From IMG/VR virus record IMGVR_UViG_3300037424_002766, positions 1 to 50,576 of that record: a stretch of 50,576 bases of DNA, one strand, 5' to 3'. Positions 1 through 8,261 of this stretch are shown here, piece by piece. Made by a program: the position numbers and the translations under genes. A model generated the notes under the pieces. That model made no database searches. It was given only the letters and a program-made list of their open reading frames with translations, and had not been told where the DNA came from. Source of the stretch: a virus (taxonomy: Duplodnaviria > Caudoviricetes). Within the stretch, counting starts at the first letter, position 1. Each line of letters starts with the position of its first letter.

Positions 1-493
1 CCATTGTATAAGAAATCTTTAATCCAGATTTTGCGGCAGCCACAGAAAAACTCTTATACATAGGTTCTGCAAAATCATTTCTACCCCTTACAGGAATTAT
101 CGCACTAACGTCAAATAAATCCATAGCATCATGTACTACAGACACATTATTCTCAAGAACTTTATTGTAGTCAACAGCTCTGCTATCAATAAGTTCAAGT
201 ATTGACTTTGACTCAAATTCATTTTTTGTATTCATATTCAAATATTCTTCTTTGCTTATTTTTTTCTGAGGATAAATTGCTCCATGAGTTATTACTTTAT
301 TGTTTGGCGCTGACTTAACCCCGTTCTCAATTACCGTTATCTTTCCAATTTTCTGAAAATGATTTACTTGAGGAGTTCTTGCTGAATCCCCAAATATCTC
401 TTCTCCAGGCTTTATTGTTACCCTAATGGTTTTACCATCTTTGATATAAAAAATAGAGATAGCAGATTTCGATATGTTTTTAATTTTAAGCAT
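1..493 (-). CDS. Partial glycosyltransferase (GT-A fold) with an N-terminal small 'KIKN...PGE' domain; runs off the window start
   Basis: Not in the ORF track. My translation from ATG 493 gives MLKIKNISKSAISIFYIKDGKTIRVTIKPGEEIFGD...DLFDVSAIIPVRGRNDFAEP, open to the window edge. SAIIPVRGR is a typical first strand of a GT-A domain. The start overlaps the stop of the upstream GT2. Confidence 0.7.
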   Translation of the reverse strand, partial: MLKIKNISKSAISIFYIKDGKTIRVTIKPGEEIFGDSARTPQVNHFQKIGKITVIENGVKSAPNNKVITHGAIYPQKKISKEEYLNMNTKNEFESKSILELIDSRAVDYNKVLENNVSVVHDAMDLFDVSAIIPVRGRNDFAEPMYKSFSVAAAKSGLKISYTM

Positions 494-1235
494 TATAATC
501 TGAAATTCTTTTCAAAGGTTTTTTATTAGAAACCTCTTTGTGAACATCCCATTGCAACTTCTGGTCTACTTTGTCATCGCTAATTGGATTATCTCTGTTG
601 TAAATATAAAGTATCGTATCATTAAATAATGTCTTCTCATGACCAGCCATTTCCATTATTGGAAACATGATTGCTGTATCGTAAGAGCTCTTATAAAAAT
701 CTCCACCACCATCTTTAAGTCCAGAAAAATCTGGGTCCTGCTTCTCCATTGCCTGGTAGAGTCCAGCTCTAAAAGTTCTAAGGTGAGATACTCTAAACGG
801 GGCTTTTCTAACGTTTGCAAATTCCTCTGCAGAATATGCACTTGCAAATCCTCGTCTTCCATCTGTCCAACTTGCCTGCCCATACATAATCCAACAATTC
901 TGGGTTTGATATTGCTCATTAACATATTGAAGAACTTTTTTGTTCGGGAACCAATCATCTCCGTCAAGAATAACAACAATATCTTCTGGGTCACAGTGGT
1001 TCATAATAGCGTTATGAAGATTCTCAAGAGCTGTCTTGCGAACTTCGTTTCTAATAACGACAACTCTTTCATCATCTTTTGGAAGTTTATCATAACTACC
1101 ATCAGTTGACATATCATCAACATAGATAATCTTGTAGTTATCATAATTCTGGGATATTGCACTCGACACGCACTGTTCCAAGAAAGGACCTGGATTGTAG
1201 AATGGAGTTATTATTGTGATTCTATTACTCATCAT
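486..1235 (-). CDS. Glycosyltransferase family 2
   Basis: ITIITPFYN, IIYVDDMSTDGS, DxD-type motif ILDGDD. Confidence 0.9.
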   Translation of the reverse strand: MMSNRITIITPFYNPGPFLEQCVSSAISQNYDNYKIIYVDDMSTDGSYDKLPKDDERVVVIRNEVRKTALENLHNAIMNHCDPEDIVVILDGDDWFPNKKVLQYVNEQYQTQNCWIMYGQASWTDGRRGFASAYSAEEFANVRKAPFRVSHLRTFRAGLYQAMEKQDPDFSGLKDGGGDFYKSSYDTAIMFPIMEMAGHEKTLFNDTILYIYNRDNPISDDKVDQKLQWDVHKEVSNKKPLKRISDYNA

Positions 1236-1854
1236 CTTCCTCTTCTTCAGTTATTTCTATTAAAAGCTTCTCCATATTGGCTATGGAAGTTTTTGTAGAC
1301 GCATCTATTCCATTAACTGGATAGACGCATTCAACTCTTGTGTCACTGCCTCTAACAGGAATAAAATATCTTATTAAATTATCTTCGTTAAATTTCTTTT
1401 TAACGTTATCAATAAATTTTTCAACATCTTCATAATCAAGATTACCGATTGCGATATAAGCAGCAAGAATTGGTTGTTGATTTTCTGTTAAAATATTCTT
1501 ATCCTTGAGTATTAAGTATCTAAGAAATTGTTTTTCCCTTTCTGATTCTGTCAACAAATCTTTATAATTGAGAGTTAATTCTGAACCTGGAATAGGAAGT
1601 TCTCCTTTGAACTTTCCTCTAATTCTCCCAAGGGTCTCCTTGCATAGAGCTACAAAATATTGACCAACCCAGAAGTCTCTAAAGTGTTTTGTTCTCTCAA
1701 TATCGTTTGATTCGTTGAGCATGTTGTATACTTCCTTAGCATTTTCAAACAAATCTTGCATTTGTTCATAATTTATCTCAATATCCACAATTGGTGCTCC
1801 AAGTTGAGATTTAGCTCTTTTAAAAAGAGGGTTTACATAATTAATATTATTCAT
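1225..1854 (-). CDS. Chimeric protein: neck (gp13-like) helical core fused to a portal clip-like segment
   Basis: LGAPIVDIE and IRGKFKGELPIPGSELTLN match the neck gene at 20928. YIAIGNLDYEDVEKFI and YFIPVR match the portal at 32371. Confidence 0.8.
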   Translation of the reverse strand: MNNINYVNPLFKRAKSQLGAPIVDIEINYEQMQDLFENAKEVYNMLNESNDIERTKHFRDFWVGQYFVALCKETLGRIRGKFKGELPIPGSELTLNYKDLLTESEREKQFLRYLILKDKNILTENQQPILAAYIAIGNLDYEDVEKFIDNVKKKFNEDNLIRYFIPVRGSDTRVECVYPVNGIDASTKTSIANMEKLLIEITEEEEDDE

Positions 1855-2704
1855 TTTCTTCTTGTTTTTTAAGTTCTACACCAAGGTTTAAATCCTGATG
1901 ACATCCGTTTACTTTAGAAAAGTCTATCTCTTCTAAATTTATAAAACTCCCATCCAGGAGTTGATTATTCATCTCAAGTCTCATTAATCTGGCACGACTC
2001 TCTCTAAGAGCGATTGTCATCTCGTTATCAAGAGATTCTTGAAGCCTTCCTATTGGAACACCGACAAGTGCGCTGTGTTTATATGACACCATCTTGTTTC
2101 TTGGGAACATTTCAGCGAAGTCAAAAAGAGCCATCTCAAGCTCTTCAACTCCAGTGAACTTAGATTTCTTCACAAGCTTATAGATGTCTGTTCTCCTGAA
2201 GATATGACCATCCATTGCGAATGGGTATCCGAAATCAAGATAGTGAAGGCTCCAATCCCACTTCATAATATCACCACTATACTCCATGTCATGCAACACA
2301 TTGTTTGTTCCAAGTGTATAGCAATTGGTTGTGTTCTCTCCAAGTCTTAAGGAGAAGCAGGCTACATCATCATCCAACTCCAACTGATTGGTAATTTCCT
2401 CAAGTTTAACGCCCCTATATATAATGTCATCATCAAGGAAGAAACAAGAGTATTGTCCATCGGTATTTAATAACCTTAGGACTTGTTCCTTAAAATCTGA
2501 CTCAGCGAAAAAAAAGTTCACACCATTAAACTTTGGATTGTGAACTAATTTACCATACCCCTTATCAAACTCTTCACTTGTGTGACTAACAATCACATTT
2601 AGGTCGAAGACATCTGAAGCATTCTTATTTACGCTATCAAGAAATAACTTAAGTTGTGCAGGTCTGTCTTGGCTAAATACTATTGCATTAATCTTCTGAC
2701 TCAT
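1847..2704 (-). CDS. Putative glycosyltransferase (GT-A-like)
   Basis: N-terminal IVFSQDRPAQL, acidic FFLDDDII motif, position within the GT cluster. Confidence 0.65.
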   Translation of the reverse strand: MSQKINAIVFSQDRPAQLKLFLDSVNKNASDVFDLNVIVSHTSEEFDKGYGKLVHNPKFNGVNFFFAESDFKEQVLRLLNTDGQYSCFFLDDDIIYRGVKLEEITNQLELDDDVACFSLRLGENTTNCYTLGTNNVLHDMEYSGDIMKWDWSLHYLDFGYPFAMDGHIFRRTDIYKLVKKSKFTGVEELEMALFDFAEMFPRNKMVSYKHSALVGVPIGRLQESLDNEMTIALRESRARLMRLEMNNQLLDGSFINLEEIDFSKVNGCHQDLNLGVELKKQEENE

Positions 2705-3041
2705 CCGCTTTAGATTCTGTGTTTTTTTCGATAACAGACATAATCTCAGCCTTTTGTCTTAATCCCACGAATTTATCCACTTGCTCTCCATCTCGGAAGA
2801 CAATTACTGTAGGAATTCCTCTCACTCCAAATTCAGCAGATAAAGATGCATTATCACCGTTATCAACATTTATTTTAAGAACTGTAACATCCTCAACCTC
2901 TTCTGTAATGTCTTCTAAGATAGGTCCAAGCATCTTGCATGGCCCACACCATTCTGCCCAAAAATCTACAAGAACTAATCCTGTTTCAGATTCTATAATT
3001 TGTTGGAATTCATCTTTGTTTGCGTTTATTAACTTTCCCAT
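2688..3041 (-). CDS. trxA: Thioredoxin
   Basis: VDFWAEWCGPCK active site; GVRGIPT cis-Pro loop. Confidence 0.95.
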   Translation of the reverse strand: MGKLINANKDEFQQIIESETGLVLVDFWAEWCGPCKMLGPILEDITEEVEDVTVLKINVDNGDNASLSAEFGVRGIPTVIVFRDGEQVDKFVGLRQKAEIMSVIEKNTESKADESED

Positions 3042-3153
3042 GTGTAAAATTTTAAAAAATTATTGGTTTCTACATTTTCTCTCTATTTATATGAAAGCAA
3101 ATGCTTTTGGATGAAAAATAAATAATTGGATTGAGAAAATCAATTTTTTTGAA

Positions 3154-3160
3154 TATTTAT
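3154..3160 (+). promoter_or_regulatory. Putative phage late promoter motif TATTTAT
   Basis: 17 nt before ATG 3178; one of about 23 strand-oriented copies. Confidence 0.65.
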
Positions 3161-3177
3161 TAGAAAAACGAGTAAAG

Positions 3178-3549
3178 ATGAATAAATCAAAGGTTAGCCC
3201 AAACGCTATTAAAGAAGCTATTCTTAAGGAAGGTCTTAGAATCAAGAGAAAAGAAGAGCTTTATGAAGAGGTTAAAAGAATCGAAAAAGAGCTTCAATCA
3301 CTTAATGAAGCAAGCTTAGGTATGGCTGGGTCTTTCGGTTTTGTAGGAGATATGTCTGACAACCATAAGCATGGTTTTGTTGATGATAAATTTCAAAACA
3401 TCTCAAACATCGCAAGATTAGAAGCAGAATTTGCTGAGAGCGATAAAAAAGAAGCAATCAATGAAGACATCATTGATGAGAATGCTAAACTTAAAGCTGA
3501 AATTGAAGACCTTAAGAAGAAGCTTTCTAAATCAGGAAATAACAAATAA
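3178..3549 (+). CDS. Hypothetical coiled-coil protein, putative internal head protein
   Basis: Late motif upstream; IKEAILKEG...ELQSLNE motif shared with 3576 and 13592. Confidence 0.6.
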   Translation: MNKSKVSPNAIKEAILKEGLRIKRKEELYEEVKRIEKELQSLNEASLGMAGSFGFVGDMSDNHKHGFVDDKFQNISNIARLEAEFAESDKKEAINEDIIDENAKLKAEIEDLKKKLSKSGNNK

Positions 3550-3575
3550 TCATAAAACAGAAAACACTAATAGTC

Positions 3576-4334
3576 ATGAAAAAAGACAACAAATTTCAAA
3601 TAACTAAAGCCGAGCTACAACAAATCATCAAAGAAGAGTATGCATCTATGGCAAAAGACGCTTCAAGAGCTGAGGAAATCAAAGCAAGACTTGAGGCTAT
3701 TAACGAAGAGTTAGAAACTCTTCCAGAAACTCTTTCTGAAGTAGAAGCAGGTGGCCTTAAGGGTGTTAAATCTACTGGATGGACTGGAGCAGGAGAGGCA
3801 GATAAGAAGTATGATGAAAAATTCGAAAAAATCGGAAGTCACTTGAAAGAGGATGAAGAAATCGAAGGAGAAATGGAGCTTGGTGGAGAAGAAGAAGCTC
3901 CAGAAATGGGATACTTCGAGATGAAGTTTGCTGAACTTGGTAGAGAACTTGATGGGAAAATGTCAGGAGAAACTGAAGAATTTGGTGAAGAAGAAACTGA
4001 AGAAACTGAAGAAAGCGAAGACGACATGGGATTAAATGTTGATGTCGAGGAAGTTGACGAGATGGTTGCCGAAGGAATTCAAGAAGGTGAAACTATTGAA
4101 GTAGATGGTGACGAAGAGGAAGCACTTAACGAAGACCTTGCTGAGCCAATTGAAGGTGAAACTCCAGCTCAAGATTCTGAAGCAAGATTCAACGACTACA
4201 TGGAAAAAGACAAGCATGTTAAAGAGGGTGTTCAAAGAGGAACAACTTTACTTAGCGAAGGAAAAACTCCAGCTCAAAAAAGCGCTCTTGATAGAGAACT
4301 TGAAAGAATGAAGGCGCTTGCTAAATTAAGATAA
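3576..4334 (+). CDS. Acidic protein, putative prohead core/internal head protein
   Basis: ELQQIIKEE N-terminal motif; C-terminal ELERMKALAKLR resembles the scaffold end EVARMKQLAGIR; several [LI]xE sites. Confidence 0.6.
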   Translation: MKKDNKFQITKAELQQIIKEEYASMAKDASRAEEIKARLEAINEELETLPETLSEVEAGGLKGVKSTGWTGAGEADKKYDEKFEKIGSHLKEDEEIEGEMELGGEEEAPEMGYFEMKFAELGRELDGKMSGETEEFGEEETEETEESEDDMGLNVDVEEVDEMVAEGIQEGETIEVDGDEEEALNEDLAEPIEGETPAQDSEARFNDYMEKDKHVKEGVQRGTTLLSEGKTPAQKSALDRELERMKALAKLR

Positions 4335-4348
4335 AACATACATTCTTC

Positions 4349-5008
4349 ATGAATGATAAGGAAAAAATAATTAGAGACCTAATTAAAAAAGAGAGCCTGA
4401 GAATTATAAAAGAATCTCAGGCTTCTTTTTTAAAAGACGTATCTGCTGAGGTTAAGCATTCTATGGAGGATGTTAACGATGTTATTGGGCTTTTTGAGAA
4501 AAAACTCGATAAACTTAACAACGAAGAAAAATCCGCCCTTAGCAAAGAAGACTATTCTGAATTAAAAAGAATTAAGTCTGAGCAAATGGATGCTTTATCA
4601 AAGGTAATTAATGGATACAACACTAAGGTTAAGTTGCTCAACCAGCAGAAGACAGATTTGCATAGCCAAATTGTTGATATTTCTGCTAAGGGTGCCAACG
4701 TGTTCAATAACCAAAACATGACTGAATTCGAAAACGATAACTTCAAGAAAGGGTGGGTTCTTAGAATTGAAACGCAAAGGTTTAAACTTGATTTAGTTAA
4801 ACAGGTCGAGGATGGAAACAATTATAGAATTGTTGACACAAATATACCTGGCTTAGAATCAGGTGACTTAGCTGCGCTTCCAAATCTTAGTATTGGAGGA
4901 AGTGGTAAGGTTAAAATCTACAGAAAAATTAATGATAGATACGAAGAGATTGTTGATGGAGGGATGGAACTTCAGAACATCCAGAAAATGGTAAAAAATC
5001 CTCAGTAA
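4349..5008 (+). CDS. Hypothetical protein
   Basis: 219 aa ORF in the same operon; IRDLIKKES motif followed by coiled coil. Confidence 0.7.
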   Translation: MNDKEKIIRDLIKKESLRIIKESQASFLKDVSAEVKHSMEDVNDVIGLFEKKLDKLNNEEKSALSKEDYSELKRIKSEQMDALSKVINGYNTKVKLLNQQKTDLHSQIVDISAKGANVFNNQNMTEFENDNFKKGWVLRIETQRFKLDLVKQVEDGNNYRIVDTNIPGLESGDLAALPNLSIGGSGKVKIYRKINDRYEEIVDGGMELQNIQKMVKNPQ

Positions 5009-5021
5009 AATTATTACAAAC

Positions 5022-5059
5022 AAAAAAGCTCGACTAAAAATAAAAATCGAGCTTTTTTT
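5022..5059. terminator. Bidirectional intrinsic terminator
   Basis: AAAAAAGCTCGA-loop-TCGAGCTTTTTTT between convergent genes. Confidence 0.75.
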
Positions 5060-5076
5060 GTTTATGGCTGAGCCAA

Positions 5077-5238
5077 TTATTTTAAGAGTTTTCTTCCATC
5101 ATCAATTTTGATGTCCCCTTCTCTTTCGACAATATCATTCTTAAGACTTATCTTTCTGTCAACTTTTTTTGCTGGAGTCTTGATGTCTTCAGGCTTAATC
5201 AAGCCTTTGTCGATTGGTTTGTTGTTTTCTTCGTTCAT
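5077..5238 (-). CDS. Small hypothetical protein (53 aa), paralog of 5243..5452
   Basis: Start moved to ATG 5238, just after the upstream stop; shares DKGL and DGR motifs with its neighbour. Confidence 0.65.
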   Translation of the reverse strand: MNEENNKPIDKGLIKPEDIKTPAKKVDRKISLKNDIVEREGDIKIDDGRKLLK

Positions 5239-5242
5239 GGCC

Positions 5243-5452
5243 TTATTTGTTTTCGTTAAAGATTTCTCTACCATCATTAGTAAGTAGCCTACCTTCATTC
5301 TTTGACAAAAGGCCGTTGTTACTCTTAGATTGTTCAATTTTTTGAGCTTTCTTCTGAGCGTTTTCCCTTAACTGCTCTGGAGTTAGTAACCCCTTATCAG
5401 TTTTTTTGTTAGAATTATCAGGCATTTCTGGTTGAAAATAACTTATGTTCAT
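5243..5452 (-). CDS. Small hypothetical protein (69 aa)
   Basis: Late motif at 5467-5473 on the minus strand; paralogous to the downstream ORF. Confidence 0.65.
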   Translation of the reverse strand: MNISYFQPEMPDNSNKKTDKGLLTPEQLRENAQKKAQKIEQSKSNNGLLSKNEGRLLTNDGREIFNENK

Positions 5453-5500
5453 AATTGTAATTTTCTATAAATAGTAGAAAAAATAAAAATTTACCCCTAC

Positions 5501-6289
5501 CTACGTGTTTTTTATGGTGCCAGGCATCCTATCTTCATCTTCAAATTTCTCAAATCTATCAATAATATCAATGAGTATTTGTTCACGAACAATGTCGTTT
5601 CTTTCAAACTTGAAGTTGTCGCAACCATCTACTGGACTAATTATCTCTATGAAAGTATCGACAGCAACATACTTCTTGTTAATGTCATTCTGTCTGGTAT
5701 CTCCCATGAAGACAATTTTACTGTTTCTACCAAGACGGGTCACAATACTTTTAAGGGCCTTTATGTCAAAATTTTGGAACTCATCAATTATGATGTAAGA
5801 ATCTTTAAGGGAGCGACCTCTAAGGAATTGTGCTGGCTTAAATTCTATCAACTTCTCATCCCAAAGATGCTTAAAATCCTTTGGAGTTAGAAATTCCTCA
5901 AAAGAATCAATAAAAGATTCTGCGTACACAGCCATCTTTTCCTCAATTGTTCCTGGTAATGCTCCAGGGTCTTTTGTTCCAGATAAAACTTCCGTTGGTT
6001 TTGAGAGAATTATTTTTTTACACTTACCTGCAAGAAGTGCTTGTATTGCTGCATAGCAGGCTATAAATGTCTTAGATGTTCCTGGAGGTCCAGTTACTGT
6101 AATGATTTTGTTCTTGTCGAGAATGGCCATCAATTTTCTTTGTTTAGACGTAAGCTCAAAATCAAGCCCCCTTATCTTAACAAACTCATTCACTGTTTTA
6201 ATTGAGTTTTTGTATTCCGCAATTTCTTCTAATTCATGTTTTGGAATCTTCTTACTCTCCCTTCTTGGGATATTTCTATTTTTCGCCAT
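5501..6289 (-). CDS. phoH: PhoH-like ATPase
   Basis: Walker A variant GPPGTSKT, FLRGRSL, IIIDEFQN, TRLGRNSKIVFMGDTRQND. Confidence 0.92.
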   Translation of the reverse strand: MAKNRNIPRRESKKIPKHELEEIAEYKNSIKTVNEFVKIRGLDFELTSKQRKLMAILDKNKIITVTGPPGTSKTFIACYAAIQALLAGKCKKIILSKPTEVLSGTKDPGALPGTIEEKMAVYAESFIDSFEEFLTPKDFKHLWDEKLIEFKPAQFLRGRSLKDSYIIIDEFQNFDIKALKSIVTRLGRNSKIVFMGDTRQNDINKKYVAVDTFIEIISPVDGCDNFKFERNDIVREQILIDIIDRFEKFEDEDRMPGTIKNT

Positions 6290-6391
6290 ACATAAGTATA
6301 AGTTGTATATTAATAAATAAGCAATTTTTTAGGGAAAGCAAAGGGTTATTGATTTAATAAAAAACTTAATATTTATATAAAAAAGCGTGTT

Positions 6392-7513
6392 ATGTCAAAA
6401 CAAATCAACATTGAAGAACTAAAAGCATTGATTGCGAACGGAATAAGACAGGAAAACCTTCACGAGGCACTTCCTGAAGATGCTGTTGAAAGGATTAAAG
6501 ATAAAATCCTGGCTCTTAAGAAAAGGGAGGCTGCAAAAGAAATTCCAGGAGTAGTTTCAGAACTTGATACTCCAGCTTTCCCAAATGTGGGGGATGATGC
6601 TGTTTTTCCTGATGAGAGTCAAATAATCGCTTCTCCAGACCAACCAGTAAATTCAACTGGTGATACTGAATCTTTCTTTGTTGACCCTGGTTCTGCAGCA
6701 ACAGAGGAACCGTCTGTTCCAACAATGGGTTATACTCCAGAGTTGCCAGAGATGCTTAAAAAAGCTGAGCCAAGTGAGTTATTCGTATTCCAATACAATG
6801 ACATTGGAGAAAGTGGAGAAAATCTTAGTTTTAAACCAATGAGACTCATGGATGACCCAGATGTGAAAAAATCAATGAATGACTTGTGGATTGAACAGGG
6901 GAAGACGAGAGCGAAGGTTTATGTTGCCAAGTTTGAAGAAATAGGGGAGATTAATTTTAACTACGCCAATGGTACAAGTAGTTTCACAGAAAAGAGTGCA
7001 GTGCCAGATTATGCTGGGGGGCCAGGTTACAAAGAAAATCCTTATGCAGCACCTTCTATGCCACAAATTGATGAGCCAACTAAGAATGAGCTTGAAACTT
7101 ATATAAAGAGCTCCGTTGACCTTGAAAAGGTAGTTCACGACATTGTAATGGATATTGTTAAAGACTCTTTGCTTACAAACACAGAAAGAGCTGTAAACGA
7201 AGATATTGATTCTCCAGAAGGAGAGAGAGGTGGTTACGGAACCAGAGAAGACCAATTGGTTAAACCTATGGAAGAATCTGTTGAACATGGTGATGAAGAA
7301 ATAGAGTTCAATATAACAATGGTAGAAATTGTAGAAGGCAATAATTTCCAAAAAGTTGAACTTCCTAAAGAGCTTAACGAAAAAATTAACTCTGGAGATA
7401 AATCAATGCTCATCAGAGAAAATAATGAAATTCAAGAATGGAAATGTGGTGATGAGATTTACTACACTCCTATAGAAAGGATTTCAAAAACCAGAGGTTA
7501 CATAAAATCGTAA
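6392..7513 (+). CDS. Acidic hypothetical protein, putative head-associated
   Basis: Late motif 6370-6376; INIEELKALI N-terminal motif; LHE/VNE/LNE sites. Confidence 0.65.
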   Translation: MSKQINIEELKALIANGIRQENLHEALPEDAVERIKDKILALKKREAAKEIPGVVSELDTPAFPNVGDDAVFPDESQIIASPDQPVNSTGDTESFFVDPGSAATEEPSVPTMGYTPELPEMLKKAEPSELFVFQYNDIGESGENLSFKPMRLMDDPDVKKSMNDLWIEQGKTRAKVYVAKFEEIGEINFNYANGTSSFTEKSAVPDYAGGPGYKENPYAAPSMPQIDEPTKNELETYIKSSVDLEKVVHDIVMDIVKDSLLTNTERAVNEDIDSPEGERGGYGTREDQLVKPMEESVEHGDEEIEFNITMVEIVEGNNFQKVELPKELNEKINSGDKSMLIRENNEIQEWKCGDEIYYTPIERISKTRGYIKS

Positions 7514-7563
7514 TTCACTTTACTTTATTGAGCCTAATAATTACATTTAAAAAAACACTTATC

Positions 7564-7836
7564 ATGAATACTTGGAAAATTAAAAACATCACTCAGTCGC
7601 CAGTGAAAATATCTATTGCTCTTGGTGGAGCTCAGAATCCTGGGCTTATATTAAATCCTGGAGAAATAGTTCTTTCTATTGACAGACTTACTGCTCCACT
7701 TGATGCTCAAGAGAGAAGGGGTGTGGTTGAAGTTGATAGAAGTTTTGATAACTCGGAATTAAATCTACCGCTTGGCAAATCTATGATGGACATCGCTGAT
7801 GCTGTTAAGAACGTTGAAGGTTACTCCAACAAATAA
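7564..7836 (+). CDS. Small 'KIKN...PGE' domain protein, paralog of 23902..24225
   Basis: ATG 7564 preferred over TTG 7528; WKIKNITQSPV...LNPGEIV. Confidence 0.7.
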   Translation: MNTWKIKNITQSPVKISIALGGAQNPGLILNPGEIVLSIDRLTAPLDAQERRGVVEVDRSFDNSELNLPLGKSMMDIADAVKNVEGYSNK

Positions 7837-7862
7837 AAATCTTAACAAACTGAAACTAAGTG

Positions 7863-7893
7863 AAAGAGGGCAAAAAATTGCTCTCTTTTTTTT
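7863..7893 (+). terminator. Intrinsic terminator
   Basis: AAAGAGGGCAA-AAAA-TTGCTCTCTTT followed by a T run. Confidence 0.75.
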
Positions 7894-7955
7894 GTTTTTT
7901 GATATTAAGTGTTGATTTTGGATATTTCAAATTCTATATTTCTAAAAATAGAATT

Positions 7956-8261
7956 ATGATAGACGACAGAGAATTACCTTCTTTTCATGGACAATTAATT
8001 GGGAAGGTTATTGAATATTGGGGCACGCAGGTCCTTTTCGAGCAGAATGATTCTGTTATTAGAGAAAAGTTATCTAAAATACTAAAATCAAAAATAAACA
8101 TAGAAACCAAAGTAAATTGGGACATGAGTCCAGGATTAATTGACAAAGGAATGGCAGTTGGAGATATTTCATATCTTGATGAAAATGGAATTGCCAGAGT
8201 CATGACATTCACTATAACAGCCACAGAAGCAAAGGCAAGAGAGTATGAAGAAAAAAATTAA
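7956..8261 (+). CDS. Stand-alone tail-sheath C-terminal-domain-like protein (101 aa)
   Basis: ATG 7956, since the track start lies in the terminator. VLFEQND..IR, SPGLIDK..VGDI and TFTITATEA align with the sheath C-terminus. Confidence 0.7.
   Translation: MIDDRELPSFHGQLIGKVIEYWGTQVLFEQNDSVIREKLSKILKSKINIETKVNWDMSPGLIDKGMAVGDISYLDENGIARVMTFTITATEAKAREYEEKN

Noticed and set aside
6071-6094. PhoH Walker A GPPGTSKT as an inactivating change
   Set aside because: The catalytic Lys-Thr and all other PhoH motifs are intact; a tolerable variant.
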